Virus record (IMG/VR): IMGVR_UViG_3300023174_005350 | Location: 1 to 64,000 of that record | Source of the DNA: a virus | Length of the DNA stretch: 64,000 nt | Strand: one strand, 5' to 3' | Part shown: positions 33,988 to 45,103 of the stretch, piece after piece | Layout of the letters: every line of letters starts with the position of its first letter | Position numbering within the stretch: position 1 is the stretch's first letter | Position numbers and translations under genes: made by a program | Notes under the pieces: model-generated | Seen by the model: the letters and a program-made list of their open reading frames with translations, nothing else | Databases searched by the model: none | Told to the model about the DNA's origin: nothing

Positions 33988-35272
33988 AACAGATATCGAA
34001 AAATTTGTTGAAGATATTTATAAAGAAGAAAAAAGCTTTCCATATCTAATAGGTTCTAAAATAAAACCTAAAAACTCTATTCCATATTCTGGCCCATTCT
34101 GGGATCAAGAAGAATTAAAAGCAGTTTTCTCCAGTTTAATTATGGGTAAATGGTTTCCTAGTGGTGGAGAAGTGGCAAAATTTGAATCCAAATTTTCTAA
34201 GATGTTTAATTTGGGCTTTTCTTTAATGGTTAATTCTGGTAGCTCTGCCGATCTTTTAATGATTGCTGCTATTAAAAAGGTATTATCTTGGCAAGATAAT
34301 GATGAAGTAATTTTATCTGTTGTAGGATTTCCCACCACCTTATCCTCACTAGTTTTAAATAAATTGAAACCAGTATTCTGCGATATTGAAATGGAAACAT
34401 TAAACTTTGATATTAGCAAAATAGAAGAATTGATAACTTCTAAAACAAGAGCTATATATATTTCTCCTGTACTCGGAAATTCTCCTGATATGGATGAATT
34501 ATTAAAAATTAAAAATAAGTACAATATTGAGCTTATTTTAGATAACTGCGATTCTTTAGGAAGTAAATGGAAAGGTAAATTTTTAAGCGATTATGCTATA
34601 GCTTCTTCATGTTCATTTTATATGGCACATCATATAGCTACCGGAGAAGGTGGGATGGTTTCTTCTAATAATGAAAAAATTGTGGAAGAAGCTAGAAAAA
34701 TGTGCTGGTGGGGTAGGGATTGTTATTGTGTCGGCAAAAACAATACTTTACCATGCGGAACTTGTGGGCAAAGATTTTCTAAATGGATTAAAGAATATAA
34801 TTATGAGATTGATCATAGATATTTCTTTACATCAATGGGATATAACTTAAAACCATTAGATTTTCAAGGTGCTATAGGATTAGTGCAATTAGATAAATTT
34901 CCTAAAATTGAACAATTAAGAAAAAAGCATAAAAAGGCTATTGAACAATATTTTGTAGATAATGTATCCAACGTCAGATCAATTAAAGAATTGTATCATT
35001 CAGATACATCTTGGTTCGGTGTACCAGTAATTTGTAATACGCCAGAAGACAAAAGAAAGTTAGTTAAGTATTTAGAAGATAACGGTGTTCAAACAAGAAA
35101 CTATTTTGCTGGAAATATTTTATTACAGCCAGCTTATAAAGATTTGGGCGATTGGAAACAATATCCTAATGCTAATAAGGTATTAGATTTAGTATTTTTT
35201 GTTGGCTGTGCGCCATTTTATGATGACAATGATTTAAATTATTTTGAAAATATACTAAAATTATATAAATAG
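33977..35272 (+). CDS. rfbH: NDP-4-keto-6-deoxyglucose 3-dehydratase (E1, DdhC/RfbH-like)
   Basis: DegT fold VNSGSSA, DNCDSLG, SFYMAHHIATGEGG (His in place of Lys), Fe-S Cys cluster GRDCYC..CGTC. Confidence 0.85.
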   Translation: MTNKTDIEKFVEDIYKEEKSFPYLIGSKIKPKNSIPYSGPFWDQEELKAVFSSLIMGKWFPSGGEVAKFESKFSKMFNLGFSLMVNSGSSADLLMIAAIKKVLSWQDNDEVILSVVGFPTTLSSLVLNKLKPVFCDIEMETLNFDISKIEELITSKTRAIYISPVLGNSPDMDELLKIKNKYNIELILDNCDSLGSKWKGKFLSDYAIASSCSFYMAHHIATGEGGMVSSNNEKIVEEARKMCWWGRDCYCVGKNNTLPCGTCGQRFSKWIKEYNYEIDHRYFFTSMGYNLKPLDFQGAIGLVQLDKFPKIEQLRKKHKKAIEQYFVDNVSNVRSIKELYHSDTSWFGVPVICNTPEDKRKLVKYLEDNGVQTRNYFAGNILLQPAYKDLGDWKQYPNANKVLDLVFFVGCAPFYDDNDLNYFENILKLYK

Positions 35273-35280
35273 GAGATAAT

Positions 35281-35463
35281 ATGAAACTTTCAAATCAAGC
35301 ATTAACTTGTGTAATGGTCGCCCTTCAAAAGAGTCTTATGGAACAAACAGATATTGTTCCACTTTTAAAGGGATTCGATATGGTATTAGAAGGTGAAGAA
35401 TTGATTGTAGCCAATCCTCCAACTACTATTGCCGCAAAACCAATCACTACAGAAGAAAAGTAA
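35281..35463 (+). CDS. hypothetical protein
   Basis: AGGAG SD; 60-aa ORF. Confidence 0.6.
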   Translation: MKLSNQALTCVMVALQKSLMEQTDIVPLLKGFDMVLEGEELIVANPPTTIAAKPITTEEK

Positions 35464-35464
35464 T

Positions 35465-35719
35465 ATGCCAACCTATATCTATAAATGTGATAAGTGTAAT
35501 AACACATTTAAAGCTTTTCATGGAATGAATGATACTCTTACTGAGTGTTTAGATTGTCATGAAGTAGGACACACACATAAAATACCAACGTTACTAACGT
35601 CTCTACCAGAACGAGATAAGCAACAAACGGCGGCTGGCACTCGGGTTAAAGAAGCTATAGAAGATAATCGACAGCTATTATTAGATAGCAAACAGGAACA
35701 CCTTAGCAAAAAACTATAA
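35465..35719 (+). CDS. FmdB-like zinc-ribbon protein
   Basis: MPTYIYKCDKC...CLDC. Confidence 0.7.
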   Translation: MPTYIYKCDKCNNTFKAFHGMNDTLTECLDCHEVGHTHKIPTLLTSLPERDKQQTAAGTRVKEAIEDNRQLLLDSKQEHLSKKL

Positions 35720-35720
35720 T

Positions 35721-36098
35721 ATGACTATATTACTATCTATTTTATTGGTATTATCTTTAGTTGGAAACGGTATATTGATTTGGTATACCCGTAAATTAGT
35801 ACAAAATCTATATTATGGTGTAAATAATGCTGATGAAATGCAGAAGTTGCTAAACGAATACTATGATTTGCTAGAGCCATTAGCAACTCTTGAAAACTAT
35901 TATGGTGAACCAGCTATAACATCTGCTATCGCCAATACAAAGTTGGTTATGGAAGCTTGCAAGACATATAAAAACTCAATTATAGAAAGCGACAATGAAG
36001 AAAATCAAGAAGCAGAATCCACCAAAGAAAGTCAAGAAACAAAAGCCAATCAAAGTACCCAGCAAAAAGACGTTAAAACAGCCTCAGTTGGCGCTTAA
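35721..36098 (+). CDS. single-TM membrane protein
   Basis: N-terminal hydrophobic helix. Confidence 0.55.
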   Translation: MTILLSILLVLSLVGNGILIWYTRKLVQNLYYGVNNADEMQKLLNEYYDLLEPLATLENYYGEPAITSAIANTKLVMEACKTYKNSIIESDNEENQEAESTKESQETKANQSTQQKDVKTASVGA

Positions 36099-36879
36099 AA
36101 AGCGTAAATCGAGAAAGTCAAAGACGGGTATAGTGATTAAGCCAAACCTTTCTATAGAGCCTCCAAAGCCATTAGAAAGCAAAAATCAATATTTCACGAA
36201 AGAGCATGAAAATGCCATCTTGGAATATGCTTCTATATTAGATAATAATAGAAAAACAATATTATATATTAATCTTATACAACCTGCATTTAATGAAATG
36301 GTTGAAAAGATAGTTTATACCTATAAATTCAATAGTTTACCTAATATAGATGATTTAAAAAGTGAATGCAAGATATTTCTTACCACAATATTAGATAAAT
36401 ATGATACTTCTAGAGGCTCTAAAGCCTTTTCTTATTTTAGTGTAATCACCAAAAACTGGTTTATACACAAAGTAAAGAAAAATAATAATAAAAAAGAAGT
36501 ATACATAGAAGATATTAAAGACACTTCGCAGGAAGAAGAACTTGTCTATGAAGAATCATATGTTCATAATCGAGAAAAAGAAGAGTTTTGGGCAGCTTTA
36601 GAGAGTGAAATGCATGGTTGGTTTGATAAACGCTTAAAGGAAAATGAAATAAAAGTCTATAAAGCCATAGTTATGCTTTTTAAAGAAAGCGATTCAATAG
36701 AAATTTTTAATAAAAAGGCTATTTATTTATATATGAGAGAAATAACGGGATTAAATACAAAACAGGTTGTAAATAATCTTAAGAAGTTTCGTTATAAATA
36801 TGAAGAATTTAGAGAAAATTGGTCTAATGGAAACATATCACATATAAGAACTAAGGTCTATGTAGATGAGCAATCATAA
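35995..36879 (+). CDS. phage late sigma factor (T4 gp55-like)
   Basis: sigma region-2-like DDLKSE...KYDTSRGSKAFSYFSVITKNWFI. Confidence 0.7.
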   Translation: MKKIKKQNPPKKVKKQKPIKVPSKKTLKQPQLALKKRKSRKSKTGIVIKPNLSIEPPKPLESKNQYFTKEHENAILEYASILDNNRKTILYINLIQPAFNEMVEKIVYTYKFNSLPNIDDLKSECKIFLTTILDKYDTSRGSKAFSYFSVITKNWFIHKVKKNNNKKEVYIEDIKDTSQEEELVYEESYVHNREKEEFWAALESEMHGWFDKRLKENEIKVYKAIVMLFKESDSIEIFNKKAIYLYMREITGLNTKQVVNNLKKFRYKYEEFRENWSNGNISHIRTKVYVDEQS

Positions 36880-37168
36880 AAAAAATCTTGAAGAATATAT
36901 AGCCGAAACGACAAACAATATCGAAAATGATAGAGCTTTGGCAACAAAGCTTTTAGTAGATTTAATGTCATATATGGAAAAAAATAAAGACGATAAATAT
37001 GTACATAAAAACTACGGTGAAACAGCGGCAATGTATTTAGAAACATTGCAGAGATCAAACGAACAATTAGTTAAATTAACAACCATCGTTCAAAGACAAG
37101 AAGGTGGAAAAGAGGGCATGTCAAAGAAAGAGAGGGATGATTTATTTGACATGATCAAGGAAAACTAA
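36866..37168 (+). CDS. hypothetical coiled-coil protein
   Basis: operonic ORF. Confidence 0.6.
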   Translation: MSNHKKNLEEYIAETTNNIENDRALATKLLVDLMSYMEKNKDDKYVHKNYGETAAMYLETLQRSNEQLVKLTTIVQRQEGGKEGMSKKERDDLFDMIKEN

Positions 37169-37171
37169 AAC

Positions 37172-38521
37172 ATGTCAGGTCAAACTCCAAATAACTCTTA
37201 TATATCTTCGCTTCTTAATGGGGTAGCTAGGCAAGTATTAGATTTAAAAAATACTTCCGTCGAATCAGCATTACGCTTAATGATGACGGAATTTTTTAAA
37301 AACGACACATTAAAAAATGTACAAGAATTTCAAGGAGAAATAGTTAGAATTGTAGAAGATAAAAAAGAATTTAATTTTTCTCCATTTAATATAATTAATA
37401 ATTTATCTAATACAAATAATTTTAGATATAAAGTTTGGATACCAGATCTTGGAAGTCTTTTAATTAATAAAACCCCATCTGATAATAATCCAAAAGAATC
37501 AATAATAATTGATTTATTGCCAGATTTTGTTATTGCTGATTCATCTATTACAAACTTGGCTGTTAAGGATATAGTTACGGTATCTTTTTTAGACCCAGTT
37601 AATTTTAAAAATGGCGTTATAAAGTCTAAAGCTAATAAAAGCTCTACTGGAGAAGCTGGATCAAATAATAATGGCAATAAGCCATCAAATCCATCTGGCG
37701 CTTTTCCAACACCATCACCAACTCCACCAGAAAAACAAGCCACAGGACAAAATGGCGATACGCAACCACGCCCTGATGATATAGATTTAATAATCTACAA
37801 ATGGGATATACCAGCACCTAGCGCCACAGCCACCCCACCAGACGCTAACGCTTCATCGGATAAGAAAAAGAAACCTAAAAAACCAGTAGGAGAAAATCAG
37901 GGAAATGGAAACGTAGTGCCATCTGGAAAAACAATAAAAGGTAGAAAAATACCAAAAACTCCAAGCGAAGAAGATGAAAAATATGTGGTTATTGAAGCTG
38001 CTGAAGCATTTAAAGAAATGGCTAAAGCGCTTAAAGATCAAAAAGGTTTAACTCTTACAGCTAATTCAGGCTATAGAGGCGCAGAAAAACAGATAAAATT
38101 GTTTAATGAAAGATGGGATATAAAATATGAAGCTAATAGACCAAAAAGATTAAGTAAAAAATCATATAGTAAAATTGGTGGAGAAAACGCACTTAATGAA
38201 AGAGGATTAGCAGAAGGTGTAGCCTGCGAACCTAGCCCAACTGGTCCGCATTTAAAAGGTAAGGCTATTGATATCTATGTTGGAAGTGTTTCATATCCCA
38301 AGGGACAAGAACCTAAAACATCAAAACAAAAACTTTTAGGAAAATTTAAATCAGATATATATTTATGGCTTAAGGATAATGCTTATAAATATGGGTTTTT
38401 TAATACTGGTGCCAATATAGAAACCACACCAGAAGCTTGGCATTGGTCTTATATAAAAGAGTGGAAAGGTAAAAAAGAACAGATAATACTTCCTCCAAAT
38501 AGCTTAGAGCAGGACAAATAA
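37172..38521 (+). CDS. baseplate hub/spike-associated protein with M15 (VanY-like) peptidase domain
   Basis: SGYR..Q, HLKGKAID, WL..NAYKYGF, EAWHW; Pro-rich linker. Confidence 0.7.
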   Translation: MSGQTPNNSYISSLLNGVARQVLDLKNTSVESALRLMMTEFFKNDTLKNVQEFQGEIVRIVEDKKEFNFSPFNIINNLSNTNNFRYKVWIPDLGSLLINKTPSDNNPKESIIIDLLPDFVIADSSITNLAVKDIVTVSFLDPVNFKNGVIKSKANKSSTGEAGSNNNGNKPSNPSGAFPTPSPTPPEKQATGQNGDTQPRPDDIDLIIYKWDIPAPSATATPPDANASSDKKKKPKKPVGENQGNGNVVPSGKTIKGRKIPKTPSEEDEKYVVIEAAEAFKEMAKALKDQKGLTLTANSGYRGAEKQIKLFNERWDIKYEANRPKRLSKKSYSKIGGENALNERGLAEGVACEPSPTGPHLKGKAIDIYVGSVSYPKGQEPKTSKQKLLGKFKSDIYLWLKDNAYKYGFFNTGANIETTPEAWHWSYIKEWKGKKEQIILPPNSLEQDK

Positions 38522-38565
38522 AATATTTCTATTAATTTTGTATTAAAATTAAAAACTTAAAAATT

Positions 38566-39459
38566 ATGAATAATGTTTACGAAACATCATCTTCAATTGA
38601 TATAAATAAAAAAAACGCAGAACATGGTTTTTTTAATAAACCATTATATGAGCCATCTAACCAAGTGGTTTTTAATAGCTCTATTGCGGAAAAAGTTATA
38701 TATGGAGAAAATAATACATATATTGTGCTTGGACGCGATAGGCCAAGCACATTAACTTCTGGATATGGCGGACTTGGACATAGTAAAGCGGGAGCAATAG
38801 ATATCGTAGTAGGGAGAGTATCTGCGGTCAATGGTAATGAGATAAAAGAAAACAAAGTAAATCCATCATTCTCAGCCGATGCTGCAAGAATTTATTTAAG
38901 TCAAAAATCTAATATAGATGAATATTTTCAAATCGGCTCAAATCCAATAAAAAATGGTTCTAAAGCTTTATCTGCTATTGGAATAAAAGCTGATGATATA
39001 AGAATTATAGCTAGAAATAGTTTAAAAATAGTTACTAGAACTGATCCATTGCTATCTAATAAAAATGTTCCGTATGACACGATGGGAATACAATTAATAG
39101 CAAATAACGATGAAGAAAGTTTACAGCCAATAGTATTAGGAAAAAATTTAGAAACAGCATTAAAGTCTTTACATAATCATTTACAAGATATTGTTTCACA
39201 TATAAAAAATTATGTTATTATACAGAACAAATTTAATGAACAAATATCGGATCATACACACTTTTCTCCGTTTTATGCTCAAAAAACTTCCATTGATCCA
39301 AAGGTGATGATGGAAGCTAAAAAGGCGGCTATAAAGACTTTTACTAATGTAGAAGATCAATTAATGAAAGATTGTAATAATTTAACCAGTTGGTTATCTA
39401 CTTATCTAGTAAACAATAAAAATAACTATATAAATAGTAAATATAATTTTTCAAATTAA
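38566..39459 (+). CDS. probable baseplate spike (gp5-C-like) protein
   Basis: IVLGRDRP, IKADDIRIIAR, VLGKNL, HTH metal-tip motif; context. Confidence 0.5.
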   Translation: MNNVYETSSSIDINKKNAEHGFFNKPLYEPSNQVVFNSSIAEKVIYGENNTYIVLGRDRPSTLTSGYGGLGHSKAGAIDIVVGRVSAVNGNEIKENKVNPSFSADAARIYLSQKSNIDEYFQIGSNPIKNGSKALSAIGIKADDIRIIARNSLKIVTRTDPLLSNKNVPYDTMGIQLIANNDEESLQPIVLGKNLETALKSLHNHLQDIVSHIKNYVIIQNKFNEQISDHTHFSPFYAQKTSIDPKVMMEAKKAAIKTFTNVEDQLMKDCNNLTSWLSTYLVNNKNNYINSKYNFSN

Positions 39460-39466
39460 GGCTTAT

Positions 39467-42400
39467 ATGAATAATTTTGATGATGTTAAGTATCCAAATA
39501 ATACAGGGCCAACGCATTTCTTAAATAAAGAAGAAGCTATCGTTGTAACCACTAGAGAAAAAATATTAACTTCTGGAGTTGTTGCTCTTGTTGGAAATAG
39601 ACGCTTGCCTAAAGATACAAAAGTTATTGTTTTGGAAGAATGTCTAGGATTAAGTTCAATATGGAGTTATGTAAAACTTCTAGATGATACATATGGATAC
39701 ATTATCAATAATAGCTTAAGTCCATTACCAAGTACTAAACAGTCATTTTCATGCTCAACAGACAATCAGCATCAGCCGGATCCACTTACACCAGCTATTG
39801 ACTGGAGAGAGCAAAAGCCAAATATCGTTTATATTGATAAAAATTCTGGTAAGGCATGTGTACATTTAGAACTTGAATATCAAACTGTAAACGGCAAAGA
39901 AGATTTAAAAGAAAAAATTAAAGAAGGTTATTATTTAGGTACTTCTCTAATATTACATGAAAATAATAAAAGATACGATAGACAATATGTGGAATATTTA
40001 ACAAATAATTTTTTCTTATTTGCTCAAGCAGAAGAATATTATTTTCCATTAAGAAACTGTTCTACATTAAGAGTTTATGTAACAATACCTATTAGATATT
40101 TATATAGCAATTCAATACCACCATCAGAAGTTCCAGCAGATAACACAGAAGCAGATTTAGAACAATTATTTGGTCAAGCTGCTGTAAACTTCGATGATAC
40201 GCTTTTTTCCGAAAAAGATATAGAACAAACTAATACAACAAACGCCACTGAACAACCGAAATATACTGAAAGAATATTTAAAGATTATTCACAATTTGAT
40301 AATTTTATTAAAGCACTAAGCTATGACTTAGGACAATATCAATTATTATATGCATCTGGCGAATGGGATATTTTACCAGAAGGAATAAACATAAATTTTG
40401 TTGCTGAAATAGCTAATTTAAATATATTTTTTAAAAAAATAAATACTTTTATATATGATAATATATCTAATGCGGGCACCGCAAATGCTTTAACCCCATA
40501 TGTTAATTTATTTACCTTTCAAGACAATAAATGGAAAGGAAAATTAAAGTTTTATATTGACACAGAAGATCTAAAAATAGTTGATATAGTTTTATTTGAT
40601 GAACTAACTGATAAAAAGATTCCATTAAATGCAGGCTATTATTCCACTTTAAATGATGAAATAATAAAAAATAAAACTATAGTAAATTATTTATTAAAAA
40701 TACAAAAAAGCAGTATATTAGAAAATATAGTTGGCGATATTGGTGAAAAAGTTGGTGAAGCGGTTAATACAGTAGCGCAAACAGCGAATGCAACTGGTAA
40801 TAATATTTCTGCTGGTATTAATCAAGCTATAAGTTCTGGTTCTGCTACCATAGGCTCTGTAAGCCAAGATGGTGCTATACAGAATATAGCTGGAAGCATA
40901 TCAGAACAAGCAGCCAATGCGGCTAATAGTTCTTTAGATGCGGCACAGAATGCATTAAATAACGCCAATGTAACCCTTAAGATGTTAAATCCAGATGAAG
41001 GCATGAGAGTTTTTCTCTTAGAAAAACATGAGCCAGTAGTTACTTCGATAAACAGGCGTTCTATGGATTTAGCGAAATGTATACAATCAAATTATGAATT
41101 ACTAACTGATGTAACTAAAAATTATAATAATCCAGCCTTAATAAAACAATATAATGATGCCAGAAAGACAACCGCAGCAAAGCAAAGAGAATTAGAAGGA
41201 GATTTTTTTCAAAAAGCACTATCAAATGATATTAGTAAAATATCTGATAGAAGACTTAGAAAGTTATTTGGTCTTGATCCATTAGTGTCCAAGCCAAATG
41301 ATCCTATTGGTCAATTAAATGAGATATTAGAGATAATAAACTTATTTGATATTCAAAGATTTCTTTTAGAATATTTAAAATGCCAAACGATAGATTTTAA
41401 TCCGCAGCAATTTAATGAACTAATAAGCAAATATCAAAATGTAAAAAAAATGCTAGACGAATTAGCAATTACAACTGTTTGCAATCCATATTTTAAAAAT
41501 ACATTAAAAACTTACTCAACCTTTACTATACCCGTTTTACCAACGCAAAATTCAAATCAATCTTTAATTGAACAATTATTAAAATTAGTATTCAAAGTAA
41601 CTAATGATTTAATAGTATTAGGTATAAGACAACTTTTAACACAATCATTTAAAAATTGTATTGATGATAAAACAAGAAATAATACGCCAAATGGATTTAC
41701 TAATAATCTAGATCCAGCTGCTGGCGTCAATGATCCTGCCATAAATGATTTACTAGATGATTTATATGGTGGGATATATGACGAAAATGGCGATATTGAT
41801 CCTAAAGCACAAGAAGCGGCAAAAGAAAAATTAAAAAATCTATTAGATGAATTGAGTAATTGTTTATCTACTAGAGAATTATGTGCATTGTTAACTGGTA
41901 AAGCTATTAATGATTCTGTTATTGATGCAATAATATCTTTTATAAAAATAAAATATCCTGATCTTGCGGGTAAATTTAATAACAAAGATTATATAGTAAA
42001 TTTCTTCCTTATCTTAGGTAGCAATATTGGCGAAGAAGTAAAAGTTTGCGATGATTTGACTTTTGACTCTACTTTTAACAAGAATCCTCTTTGCGACGAT
42101 GGAACAATACAAAATCTTAGAGATGCTTTATTATCTGGAAAAGGCTTAACTCCTGATCTAGTAAATGATTTATTAAATGATATAAATGATAAGAAAGCAA
42201 AAAACTTAGATGATTTATTAAAGTTCCTAGATTCAGACGAGCCATTTGATTTTAATAATATTCCATCTATCCTATGCCAAAACGGCGTACCGCCAGCTAT
42301 AAAAATTTCACCATCCATGGATAGCTTCAAGACATTATTAAATACATTATTAAAAGATGTATATAATACTTTTGATGCTGAAGCAAAAAATTGGTATAAA

Positions 42401-45073
42401 ACAACTTATTCAATTAGTAGTTCAAGTCCAAATTCATTAAAATTTGATGATAACGGACGAATAGTGACTAATGTATCAAGTGATTCTCTTGGAAATAATG
42501 ATGGAGCACAAAGTGGATCTCAAGAGTTTTTACCAAGTTATTTATTCAATAAAAACATAAACAATATTTCTTCGTTAACAACAGGAACTGAAGATTACAA
42601 ATATATTTCCTATAATATATTCTTGAATGGAATATCACAACAAGAATTAGACATTAATTTAATAGAAATAGGTACAAGAGAAAATATAAAAAACGCAGAA
42701 GATATTCTAAGAAAATTCTTAGGTAAATATAATAATTTATATAATCAATATTTAACTTTTGTCATAGCAGCCGGTGGTTTAGAGGGCATTAGAACTTTAA
42801 CTACTTCTACACAACAGACAAACCAGAGAAATAATACTGGAAATGCTGTTTCTAATACTCTTGATGCATTTGGTAAATTTGTCGGTGGTTTATACGGCTC
42901 ACAATTTGGATCTGAAATATCTAAATTTATAAGAGCGCAAGATATGTTTTTAATGAATAATCTTGTAGATATAAAAGATCAAAATAAAGAAAGCATTGCT
43001 GCAAATGCTTTATTGATGGCAGATTCTGGAATACCAGTATATTTGACGATTATGGATTTTTTGTCTAAATCACAAAGCCAGATGAAAAGTTTGATACAAT
43101 TAATGGCTAATAAACTTAGACCTTCTTCACAAAGTACATTTTTAGATAATGGAGTTGTCGGAAGCTATTCAGACATTAGTATTTTATTGGATGATGCAAT
43201 AAGAAGTTATAATTCTGTTAAAGAAAGTTATGATGTAATATTAAATTCAACAATTAAATATCCAAGTTTTGATATAAATTATGATAATGGTATAAAAGAA
43301 TATTTTAGTTTAAAAAATTACGATGAAACAAATCTATATGATATTAGTAGAATATTAGTAAAGAAAAATTCTAATAATTATTTAAGAATCGGCACAAGAA
43401 CGAAATTAAATGAAGAAACTACTAAGTTTATTTTTAATGATTTAAAAATAAATAAAAAAGATTTTAATAAAATTAAAGTTCTTGATTCATATATTGCATA
43501 TAAAAAAGATTTGTATAATAATGAAATAATTGAAGACATTACAGAAGAAGCTAATTTTGATTCCGCAAGTCTATATTCTTCTTTAGATAATTTATCTTTT
43601 AATAATTTAAAGAAAAAAATTGATAATAAAGATAATTTATTTAATAATTTACACATCCTTCCAATTACTAGCGGTTCTTCACCTAAACAGCCATATACAT
43701 ATTATTTTGGTGATAAACTGGTTATTAAACAAACCCAAGAACAAAAAGCATGTGGCGTTAGACCACATTATTTAGATATAGATAGTATTAAAGAAGATAT
43801 AATAAATGAAAAAGAAAAGAGTTTATGTTCTATAGAAGAAGTAAAAGATGAAAGATTATTAGCTAATCAACCAATAAATACTTCACAATTAGAAAATGTA
43901 GAAACATCCGAAACTCAAAATATAATCCTAAATGGCACATTTAGATTAGCAATCAGAACATATTTACACGACATATTACTTCGTAGCATTAATTTATTTT
44001 CCTATTTTGATCCACAAAGCTTAAGAAAAGAACAAAATTTTATTGATTTTATGGCATATCTAGTAGAATCGGAAATGCGCGGAACAGATAATACTTTCTT
44101 CAATTTAATGATTAACCATTTTAATAAAATGGCTAATTTAACTAATACTAAAACGCAAGAAGAAATACAATTTTTACAAAGGGATATGTTCCGCGACACA
44201 GTTGAAAAAGAACTGCAAAATTATGTATTGCCAAAATTAACAAAAAGAATTTGGGAAGATACAAATGCATATTTAATAAATCAAAAAGTAATAAAACCAG
44301 AACAAAAAATAAAATTAAATAATGTGCTAGATGAATATATAAAAGCTAATAATATTTTAATAGCAAAAAATAAATCAGTATATTTAAGAATTGATAAAGC
44401 AAAAGCAATAAAAGTATTTGATGGTGAATTACAAGCCTTTAGAAGTACAACAGATTATGATCTTTTATTTAATTATCTTTTCCCGCAAACTAAACAATTA
44501 AATTTCTTGTTTATGATGAGCGCTTTGTCAACTTCAACAAGACGCTCAGTAATAGAAGCCTTTAAAGATACTAAATCGTCTATTAGAAATTTGGCAATTA
44601 TAACGCAAACAAACGGTGCAGATGTCGTGCCTGATTTGACAAATGCTCAAGATATTGTCAATACAGATGACGAAGAAATGATAAAAAAATTCCTTTTTGA
44701 AGCTTTAATAAAGACTCCTTACTTAATTTTCAAAGGATATGCTGAGTCATCAGAACCAAACTTATTAATTTCTTCTGGTGTTTACAGAATATTAAGCGCG
44801 ATAATACCAGAAACTCCTTCTCTTATGATACCTGCAAATTCTGGTCTATTAGCTTTAGCAGGTCTATTGCCAATAAATCCAATAGTATATGGAATATATT
44901 TAGCTGGTTTATTCTGGTATGAAGATAAGTCCAGTAATAAAGACGCTGCCACTAAGTCCATGTTGTTAAACATGTTAGAAAAGTCAACTTCTGATATGAA
45001 TTGCGAAACTGTAACTAATAATAATCCAGATAAAATCGTATTAAATCAAGAAGGTATATACGAAACTAAATAA
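39467..45073 (+). CDS. large virion structural protein (1868 aa), N-terminal SH3-like segment
   Basis: size, position in baseplate cluster; WSYVKL...YGYI. Confidence 0.5.
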   Translation: MNNFDDVKYPNNTGPTHFLNKEEAIVVTTREKILTSGVVALVGNRRLPKDTKVIVLEECLGLSSIWSYVKLLDDTYGYIINNSLSPLPSTKQSFSCSTDNQHQPDPLTPAIDWREQKPNIVYIDKNSGKACVHLELEYQTVNGKEDLKEKIKEGYYLGTSLILHENNKRYDRQYVEYLTNNFFLFAQAEEYYFPLRNCSTLRVYVTIPIRYLYSNSIPPSEVPADNTEADLEQLFGQAAVNFDDTLFSEKDIEQTNTTNATEQPKYTERIFKDYSQFDNFIKALSYDLGQYQLLYASGEWDILPEGININFVAEIANLNIFFKKINTFIYDNISNAGTANALTPYVNLFTFQDNKWKGKLKFYIDTEDLKIVDIVLFDELTDKKIPLNAGYYSTLNDEIIKNKTIVNYLLKIQKSSILENIVGDIGEKVGEAVNTVAQTANATGNNISAGINQAISSGSATIGSVSQDGAIQNIAGSISEQAANAANSSLDAAQNALNNANVTLKMLNPDEGMRVFLLEKHEPVVTSINRRSMDLAKCIQSNYELLTDVTKNYNNPALIKQYNDARKTTAAKQRELEGDFFQKALSNDISKISDRRLRKLFGLDPLVSKPNDPIGQLNEILEIINLFDIQRFLLEYLKCQTIDFNPQQFNELISKYQNVKKMLDELAITTVCNPYFKNTLKTYSTFTIPVLPTQNSNQSLIEQLLKLVFKVTNDLIVLGIRQLLTQSFKNCIDDKTRNNTPNGFTNNLDPAAGVNDPAINDLLDDLYGGIYDENGDIDPKAQEAAKEKLKNLLDELSNCLSTRELCALLTGKAINDSVIDAIISFIKIKYPDLAGKFNNKDYIVNFFLILGSNIGEEVKVCDDLTFDSTFNKNPLCDDGTIQNLRDALLSGKGLTPDLVNDLLNDINDKKAKNLDDLLKFLDSDEPFDFNNIPSILCQNGVPPAIKISPSMDSFKTLLNTLLKDVYNTFDAEAKNWYKTTYSISSSSPNSLKFDDNGRIVTNVSSDSLGNNDGAQSGSQEFLPSYLFNKNINNISSLTTGTEDYKYISYNIFLNGISQQELDINLIEIGTRENIKNAEDILRKFLGKYNNLYNQYLTFVIAAGGLEGIRTLTTSTQQTNQRNNTGNAVSNTLDAFGKFVGGLYGSQFGSEISKFIRAQDMFLMNNLVDIKDQNKESIAANALLMADSGIPVYLTIMDFLSKSQSQMKSLIQLMANKLRPSSQSTFLDNGVVGSYSDISILLDDAIRSYNSVKESYDVILNSTIKYPSFDINYDNGIKEYFSLKNYDETNLYDISRILVKKNSNNYLRIGTRTKLNEETTKFIFNDLKINKKDFNKIKVLDSYIAYKKDLYNNEIIEDITEEANFDSASLYSSLDNLSFNNLKKKIDNKDNLFNNLHILPITSGSSPKQPYTYYFGDKLVIKQTQEQKACGVRPHYLDIDSIKEDIINEKEKSLCSIEEVKDERLLANQPINTSQLENVETSETQNIILNGTFRLAIRTYLHDILLRSINLFSYFDPQSLRKEQNFIDFMAYLVESEMRGTDNTFFNLMINHFNKMANLTNTKTQEEIQFLQRDMFRDTVEKELQNYVLPKLTKRIWEDTNAYLINQKVIKPEQKIKLNNVLDEYIKANNILIAKNKSVYLRIDKAKAIKVFDGELQAFRSTTDYDLLFNYLFPQTKQLNFLFMMSALSTSTRRSVIEAFKDTKSSIRNLAIITQTNGADVVPDLTNAQDIVNTDDEEMIKKFLFEALIKTPYLIFKGYAESSEPNLLISSGVYRILSAIIPETPSLMIPANSGLLALAGLLPINPIVYGIYLAGLFWYEDKSSNKDAATKSMLLNMLEKSTSDMNCETVTNNNPDKIVLNQEGIYETK

Positions 45074-45103
45074 AAACACTAATTATTTGCAGGGAATCAA
45101 AAA

